The notes under the pieces were generated by a model that was given only the letters and a program-made list of their open reading frames with translations, was not told the origin of the DNA and ran no database searches. DNA of 64,000 bases from Lama glama (lineage: Eukaryota), in the NCBI GenBank assembly GCA_028534125.1, contig CM052817.1, positions 45,758,001 to 45,822,000 of the forward strand. The letters are read 5' to 3'. The position numbers were made by a program, and so were the translations under genes. Below, piece after piece: positions 23,355 through 35,230 of this stretch (position 1 is its first letter; every line of letters starts with the position of its first letter).

Positions 23355-24687
23355 CTCTAGAGAAGATTTGACTTGATTATGCTAGTTTGGCTCAAACTCA
23401 TATCAATTTCAAATTATTAGCATGGTATTTCCTGAACTAAGTAATGTATATTGAAACCAAATCCATATGAAGTTAAGTCTATGGTTCTGTCTCATGGAGG
23501 AGACTATTTTCCTTATTATTATTAATTATTATTATTATTTCACATGATGCTGAGTGAAGGCCCTGATAGCCATATTATCTTTTGGGTCTCCCTTTACCAT
23601 CAGACATATTTTTTTTTCCTAGCTTACACTTTTTATCTAATTTGTAGTCATGCTTCAAGAGCCTTCTCTTTATGCAAGAAATCTAATCCCATGACTCTAA
23701 GGCATACAAGTCAAGTCCTTATCTCCTGTTTCTCATGTGGCCATTAAACCTAGGGCATCTATAGCTTTAAGAACTGCTGATCTCTATAATTACAGCTTTG
23801 TTCTCTCTTTGGGGAAAGGGAGATAAGGGATTTCCTTTGCTTTCTTGTGAGTCCCATTATATATTTTTTAAATGTTTCTAGTGGTTTATCTAATATTTTA
23901 AAAGTATCTTATATCAAGAGGTGGTATTTTAGGATGACTAGACCTACATACACACAGATTTCAAAATCCGTTGTATTTTCTTAGTCTTCCCCTTCACTTT
24001 TCTTTTCTTTTTTTCTTCCTTTACTTTCTCTAATTCAGTTTCTATTTTAAGCCTCCTATCTCATTAGGCTGGTGGAAAACTTTAATCCTAGTCATGGTGA
24101 TTTCCCCACAACTTTATGAAATTTTTTTTTTTTGCCACAGTTCCAGAACTTTATGCAATGCTAAAATTTGGAGTGAGGTGAGAGCATCTGGTTCTTGAAT
24201 CATATGTCTATTTTGAAACCCAAAATACTGTTCAGAATCAGTCATTCTCTTTAACATGGCTCTTCAAATCCAGGGGCTCTTGGCTAGGGTAGGGGTGTAG
24301 GAAATTTTGTGAGTCTGCTTAGATTCCCACAAAGATAGTCATTTCATTAGTGAAGTCTTTCCAATTCTCCATTGGCTTTGCCTAGAAGTCCCCTCAGACT
24401 CTCAGGCCTCACTATTCTTATTATTCAACCTATTTCGTAAAGTTTTGGTAATTTCTTCTTGTTTTAGGGAGATCATTTGCTTTCATGATTCTGGCCTAGA
24501 TACTTTGTGTATACCATAACCTGCTCCCAGCTTTAGGGATTAGGTCTTTGGAAACCAAGGCATGGAAGATTACAAAGCTACTTCTGAGTTTTGCTCTGCC
24601 ATAGTCCTTCCCTTCCTGTCTTCTCCCTACCAAGCTGGCAGTGAAAACTGGATTGACTGTTTGAATAGGGGCAAGAAAAGAAAGCAG

Positions 24688-24748
24688 AGTAGTAGTAGTA
24701 GTAGTAGTAGTAATAATAATAATAACAACAACAACAACAATAATAATA
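24688..24748. repeat. Compound trinucleotide microsatellite (AGT)n(AAT)n(AAC)n(AAT)n
   Basis: Directly visible. Confidence 0.95.
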
Positions 24749-24764
24749 AAAGATTAATATTTTA

Positions 24765-25000
24765 AAAAATACTGTCCTGCCACATGTTTGAAAGGTGATG
24801 ATAGTAGTTCTGCCAAATTCTATGGTGGTTGGAATAAGGTAGTGATAGTCAAGATGGAGAGACAAAAACAGATTTGAAATATGCTTTGGAGGCAAAAGCA
24901 AGACTACTAACATGATATGGGGTTGAGGAAGAGGCTGGAATCAAGTAAGCCTTCCAGATTTCTGCTGGGCCAACATGTGGCCCCATTTACTAGCTATGGA
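24765..25000 (-). mobile_element. L2 fragment
   Basis: gatggagagacaaaaacagatttgaaatatgctttggagg...ggaatcaag...ccagatttctg. Confidence 0.5.
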
Positions 25001-25699
25001 AATCTGAAGAAATAAAGAATTTTAAGAAATTTCTCATATCCATTTTTCTACTTGAATATAGAATCATACTTCAGTTGTCTGTTGAAGACATTGAATAGTT
25101 AAAGATGTAAAGAACTAGTCCTTACTGCTACCTTCTACTGTCTCTAGTCCTCCACAAAGTTGTCTTGACAACTCAGTTTATGTTTGAATTGAGGCATATT
25201 TTGAAATGGATAAAAGAGATTACTGAATAAACTTTAATCGGAGAGGCCCCAGATGTACACTTTTGTTTGTCTTGACTATTTTACAGCTTTGTAGAATTGT
25301 AAAAATCTATAGAAAACTCAAATAATATAAATAATTTTAGTCCATAGAAATGTAAATTTTGACCAGTGGAGTGAAACTTACTGTCACTTTGTGAATATTG
25401 ACCAGTTTTGCCAATTTTGCATCCATTTATAAATTCATCTTATTATTTCTTATCTGCTTAAAATGTATGGTATTTTGAATTCCTTTAATCAGTTGTAACA
25501 TCTTACTGATTTCCTCATTTACTAAGGAGTTAAATAAAATCTTTTATGTGTATTCATCTTATGAGTCATGATTTTTAAAAATTATTTTTAACAAATTAAT
25601 CATAACTTATGATGTTTCATTGCTTTAGCCTAAATTCTTTTTGAATACTGGAATTGTTATAATAATTACTGATATAATTAATAATTATATTGAGGTTGA

Positions 25700-25860
25700 G
25701 TAAAAACCTTGGTGATTTTATTTACTATTTTCTTCATTTTACAGATGAGGAAACTGTAGCACAAAGAAGTTAAGTGACTAGGTCCCAAACTGTAATTAAT
25801 CAGGTTCAGAGAGAAACTTTAACCCAGTTCAAACAACTTCCAGTTCAGTATTCTTTTCAT
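25700..25860 (-). mobile_element. MIR fragment
   Basis: ctcattttacagatgaggaaactgtagcacaaagaagttaagtgact. Confidence 0.7.
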
Positions 25861-26277
25861 TCTTCTTATCTTCATGAATATAGGCAATCCATAAGGAAGT
25901 TGTAGACAAGTTGCTTCAGAAGAATAAGATATAATCTCCTTATATGATTACAAGAAAAAATCATATATTTGGAAAGCACTAAAGTTTAAGGCTGAGAAAA
26001 AAAACTTGATCAAATATACATTTATATTACATAGGATGTAAGTAATACATTTTCATTGTATGTTATGCTTACTGCTAACATGGTTAAAACCACTGGCTTG
26101 GAAATTTATGTCTCTTTCCTTATGGATTCTGTCAGTGTGATTTTTTTGGGGGTAGGGGATTGTTTTAAGGATGAAAATATTGTTCTATTTACTGAAGTTA
26201 CAAGTGCTAAGACTTATATTTTCAGCTTACAAATTTTGTTCTGTATATTATGTAGTCAAATTTTATATATCATTTTT

Positions 26278-27182
26278 TTTCTTTTTTTTAACATTTTTTA
26301 TTGATTTATAATCATTTTACAATGTTGTGTCAAATTCCAGTGTTCAGCACAATTTTTCAGTCATTCATGGGCATATACACACTCATTGTCACATTTTTTT
26401 CTCTGTGATTTATCATAACATTTTGTGTATATTTCCCTGTGCTATACAGTATAATCTTGTTTATCTATTCTACAATTTTGAAATCCCAGTCTATCCCTTC
26501 CCACNNNNNNNNNNNNNNNNNNNNNNNNNNNNNNNNNNNNNNNNNNNNNNNNNNNNNNNNNNNNNNNNNNNNNNNNNNNNNNNNNNNNNNNNNNNNNNNN
26601 NNNNNNNNNNNNNNNNNNNNNNNNNNNNNNNNNNNNNNNNNNNNNNNNNNNNNNNNNNNNNNNNNNNNNNNNNNNNNNNNNNNNNNNNNNNNNNNNNNNN
26701 NNNNNNNNNNNNNNNNNNNNNNNNNNNNNNNNNNNNNNNNNNNNNNNNNNNNNNNNNNNNNNNNNNNNNNNNNNNNNNNNNNNNNNNNNNNNNNNNNNNN
26801 NNNNNNNNNNNNNNNNNNNNNNNNNNNNNNNNNNNNNNNNNNNNNNNNNNNNNNNNNNNNNNNNNNNNNNNNNNNNNNNNNNNNNNNNNNNNNNNNNNNN
26901 NNNNNNNNNNNNNNNNNNNNNNNNNNNNNNNNNNNNNNNNNNNNNNNNNNNNNNNNNNNNNNNNNNNNNNNNNNNNNNNNNNNNNNNNNNNNNNNNNNNN
27001 NNNNATGTGATGTATTACATTGATTGATTTGCATATGTTGAACCAGCCTTGTGTCCCTGGGATGACCCCCACTTGGTCATGATGTATAATCTTTTTTATG
27101 TGTTGTTGGATTCTATTTGCTAAAATTTTGGTGAGGATTTTGGCGTCTATGTTCATCAGTGATATTGGCCTATAATTCTCTT
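26278..27182 (-). mobile_element. Young 5'-truncated LINE-1 (ORF2 RT fragment plus 3' UTR) spanning a gap
   Basis: ORF2 peptide [59 protein letters not shown] is uninterrupted. Perfect TSD TTTTATATATCATTTTT at 26261-26277 and 27183-27199. Confidence 0.95.
26505..27004. other. Assembly gap (500 N)
   Basis: Run of exactly 500 N. Confidence 1.
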
Positions 27183-27249
27183 TTTTATATATCATTTTTA
27201 AAGTTTGGATAATAGCCTCCTATACAAAGCAAGGTAAACATCTTAAGTT

Positions 27250-27408
27250 TTATTTCTTCTTTTAAAATTAAGTATAGTTGATTTATAATGTTGTATTAAA
27301 TTCTGGTGTATAATAAAGTGACTCAATTATACATATATATTCTTTTTCATATCTTTTCCATTCCATTATAGTTTATTACAAAATATTGAATAGTTCCCTG
27401 TGCTATAT
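27250..27408 (-). mobile_element. Short L1 3' end
   Basis: aagtatagttgatttataatgttgtatt...aatattgaatagttccctgtgctata. Confidence 0.8.
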
Positions 27409-28233
27409 AACTTCTTAAGACATTTTAAATTGCAATTATAAATTTAATATTTTAATTTCTCTTTTAGGTGTTTCTGTTGTCAGACTTAATAAACAAAACC
27501 TCTCTGAATTCTTGAATATTCTTTTAAATCTAATAAATTAAATATGCAAATGCTAGTGACTCAAGTTCTTTTAAGTACTCTGACAATACATAAACTAAGA
27601 TATTTTCTACTTAAAATCACCATATAAATTACATATTTTTGTACTTTAAAACAGAATTATGAAATAACTATGCTAATAGGCCAAATTCTCTGAAAGAGTA
27701 GAAGTACATAAAATGTAAAATATGTAGATATTCTTAAGCCACAATTTTTATTATAATGGGCTTATTTAAGATATAATTCTCTGAAATATTTAAAACTTAA
27801 TTCTAAATCTTCCTGGGTTTAAAATATGCTTAACAACTACATAAACATTTATAAGATCCCAAGACATTTTAAATATCTTCTTCCATATGTAATGATTAAG
27901 GTTATTAGTTGAGGTGATGAGTGGATTTTTGTTTGCAATGCCAATTATTAGAAGGACTTCATAATGTAAAGTGTTTTGTCTCCTAGGCCATGTAGTCCAC
28001 TCCCCTCCTTTTATGGAAATCTTTGTTCCCATCTGCATGGCTTGACTGAATTTGGCATTTCTTTGGCTCTTAACATAGTTGTAAATCCTTTGAACTTGGC
28101 AGACCTTCTTTCATATATTTCTATTTGGTAGAACCCTACAACTCTCAAAGCTGTAAAAATGACATCCAGTGGAATCCTGGAAATTTCGTGTCTTCGGGTA
28201 ACTATTTGATCACAAATTCTAAAGTCTTTCTAT

Positions 28234-28680
28234 TGTCAGGTTCTTAAGTTTCAAGCCACAGAAACTGATTCTAGCTAACTTAAGCAAAAAAAAAAAAAGA
28301 GTTTATTCGAAGGATATGGCTTGTTCACAGCAAAAGGAAAATTTCAATATTAGGCTTCAAGAATCAGCAATCATCCTGAGTAGCAGGAACTAAAGGACTT
28401 TCTCTTTAGCCAGCCCCTCAGGAGGTTCAAGGAGAATCCTCTCTATCCATTTTTAGTTGTTAAGACTCTATACAAGAATTTAGGGCTTAGTTTATTATAA
28501 ATCTTAGATGAATGAGTCAAGTGCTACCCCTTGTGCAGGGAGGTCCCCACATGAAAACAGTTGCTACTGCCTGAAAAGTTAAAAAACAAACAAACAAACA
28601 AAACTAAAACAGAAAAACCAAATGAAAATGGTTCTATAGTCTCTGGGGATAGAAATTGTTTGGATGGCTCTGAGTCCTTC
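28234..28680 (-). mobile_element. Old MaLR LTR (MLT1K/L-like)
   Basis: tgtcaggttcttaagtttcaagccacagaaactgattctagctaacttaagcaaaaa...gtttattcgaaggatatgg. Confidence 0.55.
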
Positions 28681-29455
28681 CAAGCCAATGGAAATAGTCC
28701 CCTTGGGTAATCACTAAAAGGCCAGCAGTGTTGTAAACCTAATCTCATTATTTAACCCAATTTTGATGCTATTACCATCCTAAACAGAGCTCATGCTAGA
28801 AAGCAAACTTACAGCAGTGTAACTTTTCTACTGAAAGTGACTCCCGTATCACTTAATCCTTACATTTACAAGTCACTTGTCTGGAAGGACAATAAGGCTA
28901 CATAAATTATTGGGTCAACCCAACTGCCTTTGACTGAAGAGAATGTTAAATCTCCTCCCTAAGGCATAGGGGAGTGTGGCAAGTCACCATTGGCGGCATA
29001 AATAACTGCTTCTACACTGCATCAGCAACCATGGAGATGAGAGCACATTGATTACTCAGGAGAGCAGGAATAGTCATTATAGTAGCTACCATCGCAGAAT
29101 CAGCATCACCTACTTTCAATGGTAAGTGCTGCACATTCTTCCTATTAAATCAATGGGACCTCACAAGAATATTATCTTGTAAAAATATGGTTCTATTGAT
29201 ATTTGCATTAAAATAGGAATCTATTTTCCTATAGCACATCCAACTAAAACTATGATCTTCGATAAATTTGTTTTGACTACTATTTCCAATTTTTTTGTTG
29301 ATTCCACTTGACATTGAGTATACATTTACTATTATTTAACTAATATTTTGTGCTTATAAAATAGGCAAAGAGATTAACCAATAATTTTCATCTTTAGATG
29401 TGACAGTTCACTAAAATCATTAGAGATCCTTGTATTAGTTCTTCTTGATACTTAC

Positions 29456-29456
<1 letters not shown>

Positions 29457-29522
<66 letters not shown>

Positions 29523-29525
29523 CAC
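29457..29525. repeat. Compound (TA)n(CA)n(TA)n microsatellite
   Basis: Directly visible. Confidence 0.95.
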
Positions 29526-30107
29526 TGAGATATAGTTTAAATAACATCCTATTTTACATGTTATTTCAAAGCTATTTCTAGGTATGCAATCACTGTACTT
29601 TAGGTTATAACACTGATAAATAAAGGTAGATTTGGCCATTAGAGGAGAACTCTGACAGCCAAGGCAACATTGAAACACTTAGGTAATTTTTATTATATAT
29701 AAATATATTGGACAAATCTACAACAATAATACAAAAAAGCTACAATAGCTTTGGGGAAGCTAAAGAGAGCTTTGTGGATTTTACTCTTAATAATTCAAAA
29801 CATCAGTATGAGGAAGGCTTTATTCGGGCCATGATTTCACACATGAAATGAAGCAGGTTGTAAAATTAACTAGCAAGGTGCAGACCAGAGAATTTTGGTT
29901 CCTATGTCTTTGGTAGGGAGGGTTGTTTTAGTTTAAATTACCTGTGTTAGCTGTGCACTAAAAATGTGAACTCTCTTTTTCATGTGTAGTATTGTCTTTG
30001 GGAGGAGGGGACCCAGACAAAAACTCTATTTTTCAGAATCTCCTCCTTGCTTCCAAATATGGCAAATGATCCTTTTGAATGGAGTATGTCCAGAAGTGAT
30101 TGCTTTC

Positions 30108-30388
30108 CATTGTTTCTGTGTGCTTTCCAGGCTGGAACTTTATTTTATTTTGCTTTGTTTTTTCTTCCAGTTTTATTGAGGTATAATTGACATATAGTAC
30201 TATATAAGTTTAAGGTGTCCAGCATAATGATTTGACTTACATACATCATTGTTTCTGTGTGCTTTCCAGGCTGGAACTCAATTTTATTTTGCTTTGTTTT
30301 TTCTTCCAGTTTTATTGAGGTATAATTGACATATAGTACTATATAAGTTTAAGGTGTCCAGCATAATGATTTGACTTACATACATCAT
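30108..30388. repeat. 139-bp tandem duplication (2 copies) including an L1 3' terminus
   Basis: Copies start at 30108 and 30247 and differ only at a TT/CA dinucleotide. Junction shares CAT. Confidence 0.95.
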
Positions 30389-30440
30389 GAAATGACTATC
30401 ACAAAAAGTTTAGTGAACATTCACCATCTCATATAGATAT
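30295..30440 (-). mobile_element. L1MA-like 3' end fragment (its terminus is also duplicated at 30160-30248)
   Basis: cagttttattgaggtataattgacata...aagtttaaggtgtccagcataatgatttgac...gtttagtgaacattcaccatctcatataga. Confidence 0.8.
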
Positions 30441-31669
30441 AAAGTTAAACAAATAGGGAAAAGAAAAAAACAAAGAACACGATGTGTAAAAGCCCCTTAA
30501 GAAAAATGTATGGCATTTAGTAACCAAAAAAGGATAATGGCTAATAGATTATTTCATTTATCGTATTATTTTATAGATCAGCGAAAGTACTAAGAGTTGT
30601 TTGACATGTGGTTCTTTCAACTTGAACATTGATTTCATCCCTATCTGAAATGTGAAGCTAACGAGAGTAGTTAGGATGACCTGATTAGCTATGTCTTTCT
30701 TTTGTAAGCTGTCCTGTCATTGTGTTAGACTAGGAACAAGCCAGCTAATTATGAACAGACTTTTAGCAGTTGTGCTTCACTGACGTGGCAATGGTATGTC
30801 TCTACTTCCATGGCAGTATCTCTTTTAAATATTTTGTCCTATTGTATTTCATGAAAATATACCTACAAATCAGAACCAAAATTACTCAAACCATCCTTGA
30901 TCTCAGCTTATGTTTTTTCTTCCTTCCCTTTTTCCTTCTCCTTGTTCTCTTTTTCTGAAAGATAATTATTATATTTCTTTGGGTAAAAATTACTATTGGC
31001 AAAGAATATGTGGTACATCTATAGGAACTCGTGAAGAACAAAACCAGGTTACAATCAATTATGGAAGCCCCTATGTCACCTGGCATCTTGGAGCCTTGAA
31101 TAATTGTGCACTTTAAATACTTATCATATCAAAAATACTCCTTGAGTCTCTCCCCAACCCTCTTCTGGCTGTTGAGTTCCTCACGTATGAAACAGGTATA
31201 GAACTCAAGGGGAAAGCAAATCAATTTGGACGGCTGTGCTGAATTACGTTATAGTTTTGAAACCTATAAGAGCACAAAGCAGCTGAAATATTTGTCTCCT
31301 AAAAGAGTCAAGATAAGTTTCATTAGAAGTGGATTAGGTTTAGCTGATCCAGAGAAACCAGTTGAATACCTATTAGCCTGAGAAAGAATTACTCACTAGA
31401 GACATCTCCTCTATTTCTTTCTGGTTCTATTTGCATAACCAAAACAAAGGTTATAACAGCTACTAGTGATTACATTCTTATTATGGTCCAAGTCCTGTTA
31501 AATTTATTTTCTCCAACAAAGCATGTTGTTTAGACAGCATTCTTTTGCTAGCCTTGTTCAGGAATAGGCCAGGGTCAGTGACTGGATAAGAAGATTTGTT
31601 GCTCTAATTACTACTTTCTGACAAGGTGATTATTTTCTATCAAATTAAAAGTGGACTGTTTGGTTTTTA

Positions 31670-32040
31670 TTACTTCCATTTTATAGATGAGGAAACTAAA
31701 GCTTGGAAAGGTTAAACAGCTCTCCTCCAAATCACACATCTAATGAGTGACAGAGCCCAGAAATTTCCTAAGCCCTACTCTCCCCTTCAGCAGTGCTGCT
31801 TCCTAAAGCTGCTTTTATCTTACCAGAATCTCACTTAGTATTTGTAAAAAGAAAATAATAATAGCCCTCTTACCAGATTATTCTGAGGAATAAAGAGGCA
31901 ATAATTTTAAACGGACCCAGCACATAGTAGGCACTCAATAAATATTATTAATAGATGACATTGGAAGAGTTTACCTTTTTAAAGTGCTTAGAACTGTGCC
32001 TGGCACATATTAAACTTTAAAGAAAGGTGAGCTATTAATC
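31670..32040. mobile_element. Cluster of MIR fragments in both orientations
   Basis: ccattttatagatgaggaaact; cagcacatagtaggcactcaataaat; aagtgcttagaactgtgcctggcacata. Confidence 0.7.
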
Positions 32041-32477
32041 AAACTTTGAAGGGCAAAAGAGATCTTTGTCACCAAGTTCAATCTTGTTTTATTGTACTGA
32101 GAAATTTTATTTAAATTTTTATTTAAATCTAACTACACCCTTTACTTTCTTGTTTTTTTTTTTTCAGTAATTATAGTAACAAAATGTCTGTACTATTGAA
32201 TAATGTATATTTTACAGGAAAAAAAGCATACCGACTTGTGGGACTTACATTTATGCTAAATGCAATAGGACTCAGTCACCTCACTGGAAACTATCCTTTT
32301 ATTATGCCACTAATTATTAAAATTATGTGGAACTTCACAATGGTGTGTTATTTTACTTTAGGCACAATGTGTCATATTTATAGTAAGTCCTCTTTTATTT
32401 ATACTCATAAGGTTGGGAAAACTGATTGATTTTAGTAAAAATTCTGATAAATGGTTCATTTGTAAAGCAGAGATTTT

Positions 32478-33489
32478 GGCAGTGATATAATCAAGGTGGC
32501 AACATATGTTGTTCCCAACTTCAATCCCTCTCAAAAGAGTACCAGTTAGTAACTATCCATAGAGATGATATCATTTTGAAAATTCCAAAAAGCAGGCGTG
32601 AGACTGAAGCATCCCCCTGGACCACAGAGACTGAGAAGAACAGCATCAGAAGGTAACAGGAACAGAGACACTCTGACCACATTGCCTATCCCCCAGGAAG
32701 ACCTGTCTCCACATTGAGAGGACCTCCTGGGGCTTGTGATTTCTCCAGTTGGAAAAAGAAAGACCAAGGTGGACATCCAGCTCTCCCAGCATTGAGGTTT
32801 GCCTTCCTAGAGGCCCACTCAGGTCTCATTTCATCGAGATCTTGGGGAATTAGGCTCGGCCACTGAAGATCTAATTGAGATGAAGAAAAGGGTGGGACTT
32901 ATAGCAATAAAAGACATATATGACAGTCTCACAGCTAACATCATCCTTGATGGTGAAAGGTAGAAAGCTTTTCATCCAAGATCAGGAACAAACAAGGATA
33001 TCCACTGTAACCATTCCTGTTCAATATAGGAATATACTAGAAGTCTTTGTCAGAACAATAAGATAAGAAAAGGAATAAACAGCATCAGAATCAGAAAGGA
33101 AGAAGTAAAATTATCTTTATTTGCAGATGACATTATTTTACATATAGAAAGTCCTAAAGATTCCTCCAAAAATCTGTTAGATATAATCAACTAATTTGGT
33201 AGTTGCAGGATACAAAATTAATTTACAAAAAATTAGCAACATTTCTATACACTAACAACAAATTACCTGAAAAAGAAATGAAACAATCCCATTTACAATA
33301 GTATCATAGACTCTAAAATACTTAGTTATAAATTTAACCAAGGAGGTGAAAGAGCTCTAAACTAAAAACCATAAGATACTGATGAAAGAACTTGAGGAAG
33401 ACATAAGTAAATGGAATGATATCCCATGTTCATGGATTGGAATAATTTATATTATTAAAATGCCCATACTACACAAAGCCATCTATAGA
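32478..33489 (+). mobile_element. Old L1M element: 5' UTR fragment joined to an ORF2 RT fragment
   Basis: L1M 5' end motifs (ccaaggtggacatccagctctcccagcatt), then decayed ORF2 TANIIL.GE..KAF..RSGT, SLFADD (33114-33131), [13 protein letters not shown]. Confidence 0.8.
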
Positions 33490-34821
33490 CTTGTCAGATC
33501 TGCATTCAGAGGTAGACAATCAGCAGGTTAGACACCCAAGACACAAAGTACATAAGCATTACTTTTGGCTGACTGATGCCAGCTTTCACTGGGTCATCTG
33601 AGTCTGAATTTTCTGCTCTTCCAGGAAAAACTCCTGTTTCTTATACATACTCTCATTATCATCACTATTCATGCTACTCTATCTATAACTGGCAAAATTC
33701 ACCAAGGATGACTTGGGCCTTCAATAACCACTGTTAGGAATATTTGACATGAACAAAATTGTTCATTTAAGAGGCACCTTGGAAAACAGTAAGATTTTGC
33801 AGGCCCAATGGGCAGTATTTTTAATTTTTATACAGAGTCTTCAAACTCAAATTCTTTTAAAAAAAATGAAGTCTTTTAAAAAAAAATTGTCTCCAGATTA
33901 ATCATGAACTTATAACCCTAAAATCTACCAATTAGAGCACTGAATCCTCTGAAGACTCAGTTTACATTCCTCTCACATGTTCAGTTACAGGTCACAAAGG
34001 CTGTCATCTCCAAAATCCTTGCTGAAGACTCATTCATCCTCCACATGCTTTGTTCCCATGGTGAGCATTCTTCTTTGCCCTGAACATACACTTTATAGTA
34101 AAAAAACATTCTGATGTTGTAGACAAAAATGCTTCAGTGATGGAGAACAACAATGTCAATTAAAACATGTTGAAAAGAAAAAGGTAAGTTACAGAGATTC
34201 ATATTTAGCAAAATAAATCACATTTCTACCATAAATAGCACTTTTTTGATTTTGAATATTTCTTGAATAAATTCCAAACACTATTATCACAAACAGTAAT
34301 TGAGACTGTGACCTATGAGTTCTGACAGTATGTTTACATTTAATTATGGTTCTATTTGATTTTTATTGTAAAAACGCAACTTGAGATCTCTCTTCTAAAC
34401 AAATTCTTAAGTGTGCAATATAGTATTGTTAAGCATTTCAAATGAAACTTGAATTCAAAAATTGCTTCACTGAAAGATTCTTTTGCCAAAGCTAATGAGC
34501 AATTTGACAGACTTAAGCAATAACAAATGAAATTCATTTTTCTAATAAATCCTCCCCCTGTTCCTCCATTTGCATCCCTATATAGGACATGATGTATCTA
34601 AAGAGAGAAAACCACTGTTTCCTGATAAAGACTGTGCAAACTTGTCCTAGATCCCTTACAAAGTGACAATTAAGAGGATTTCTAGGTTTAATTGGATGTT
34701 ACAGTCAATGGTCATCATTTTCAGAATTGACAAGTCCTCAGTAAGAGACTCTTCTGGGAGTCCAGACATGAGCAGTTCTTCTGGAAACTGAAGAAGACTC
34801 TTCTTCTTTCCCTAGGCAGTC

Positions 34822-35230
34822 TCTATTAGTTTCCTATGTCTATCATAGAAAAAGACCAGAAGCTGAATGACTTAAAACAATAGTCTCACAGTTAGAAGGT
34901 TAGAAGTCTGAAATCAAAGTGTTGGCAGTGTCATGCTCCTTCTGAAACCTGTAAAGGAGAATCCTTCCTTGCTTCTTCTAGCTCTCAGTGTTTGCAGCTA
35001 TTTTGGCATTCCTTGGCTCATCAATGTATCACTCAGTTCTCTGCTTCTGATGTCATGTGGCAGTCTTCTCATCAGCCATATTGGATCAACCCAGTCTACA
35101 CCAGCATGATCTCTTTTAACTAATTACATCTGCAACTACCCTATTTCCCAATAGGGACACACTCTGAGGTACAGGGATTAGGAATTCAACATTTCTTTTG
35201 GGGGTGGAGGACAAAATTTAACCCCTAAGA
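34822..35230 (-). mobile_element. MLT1C/D-like MaLR LTR inserted in ERV pol
   Basis: tattagtttcct...agaagtctgaaatcaaagtgttggcag...taattacatctgcaactaccctatttccc...acaaaatttaacccctaaga. Confidence 0.85.

Noticed and set aside
24562..24913. ORFs with poly-S/N or poly-Y/C runs
   Set aside because: Translation of a trinucleotide microsatellite
26327..27034. Long ORFs spanning the second gap
   Set aside because: N-run artefacts; only the L1 ORF2 peptide at 27005-27185 is real
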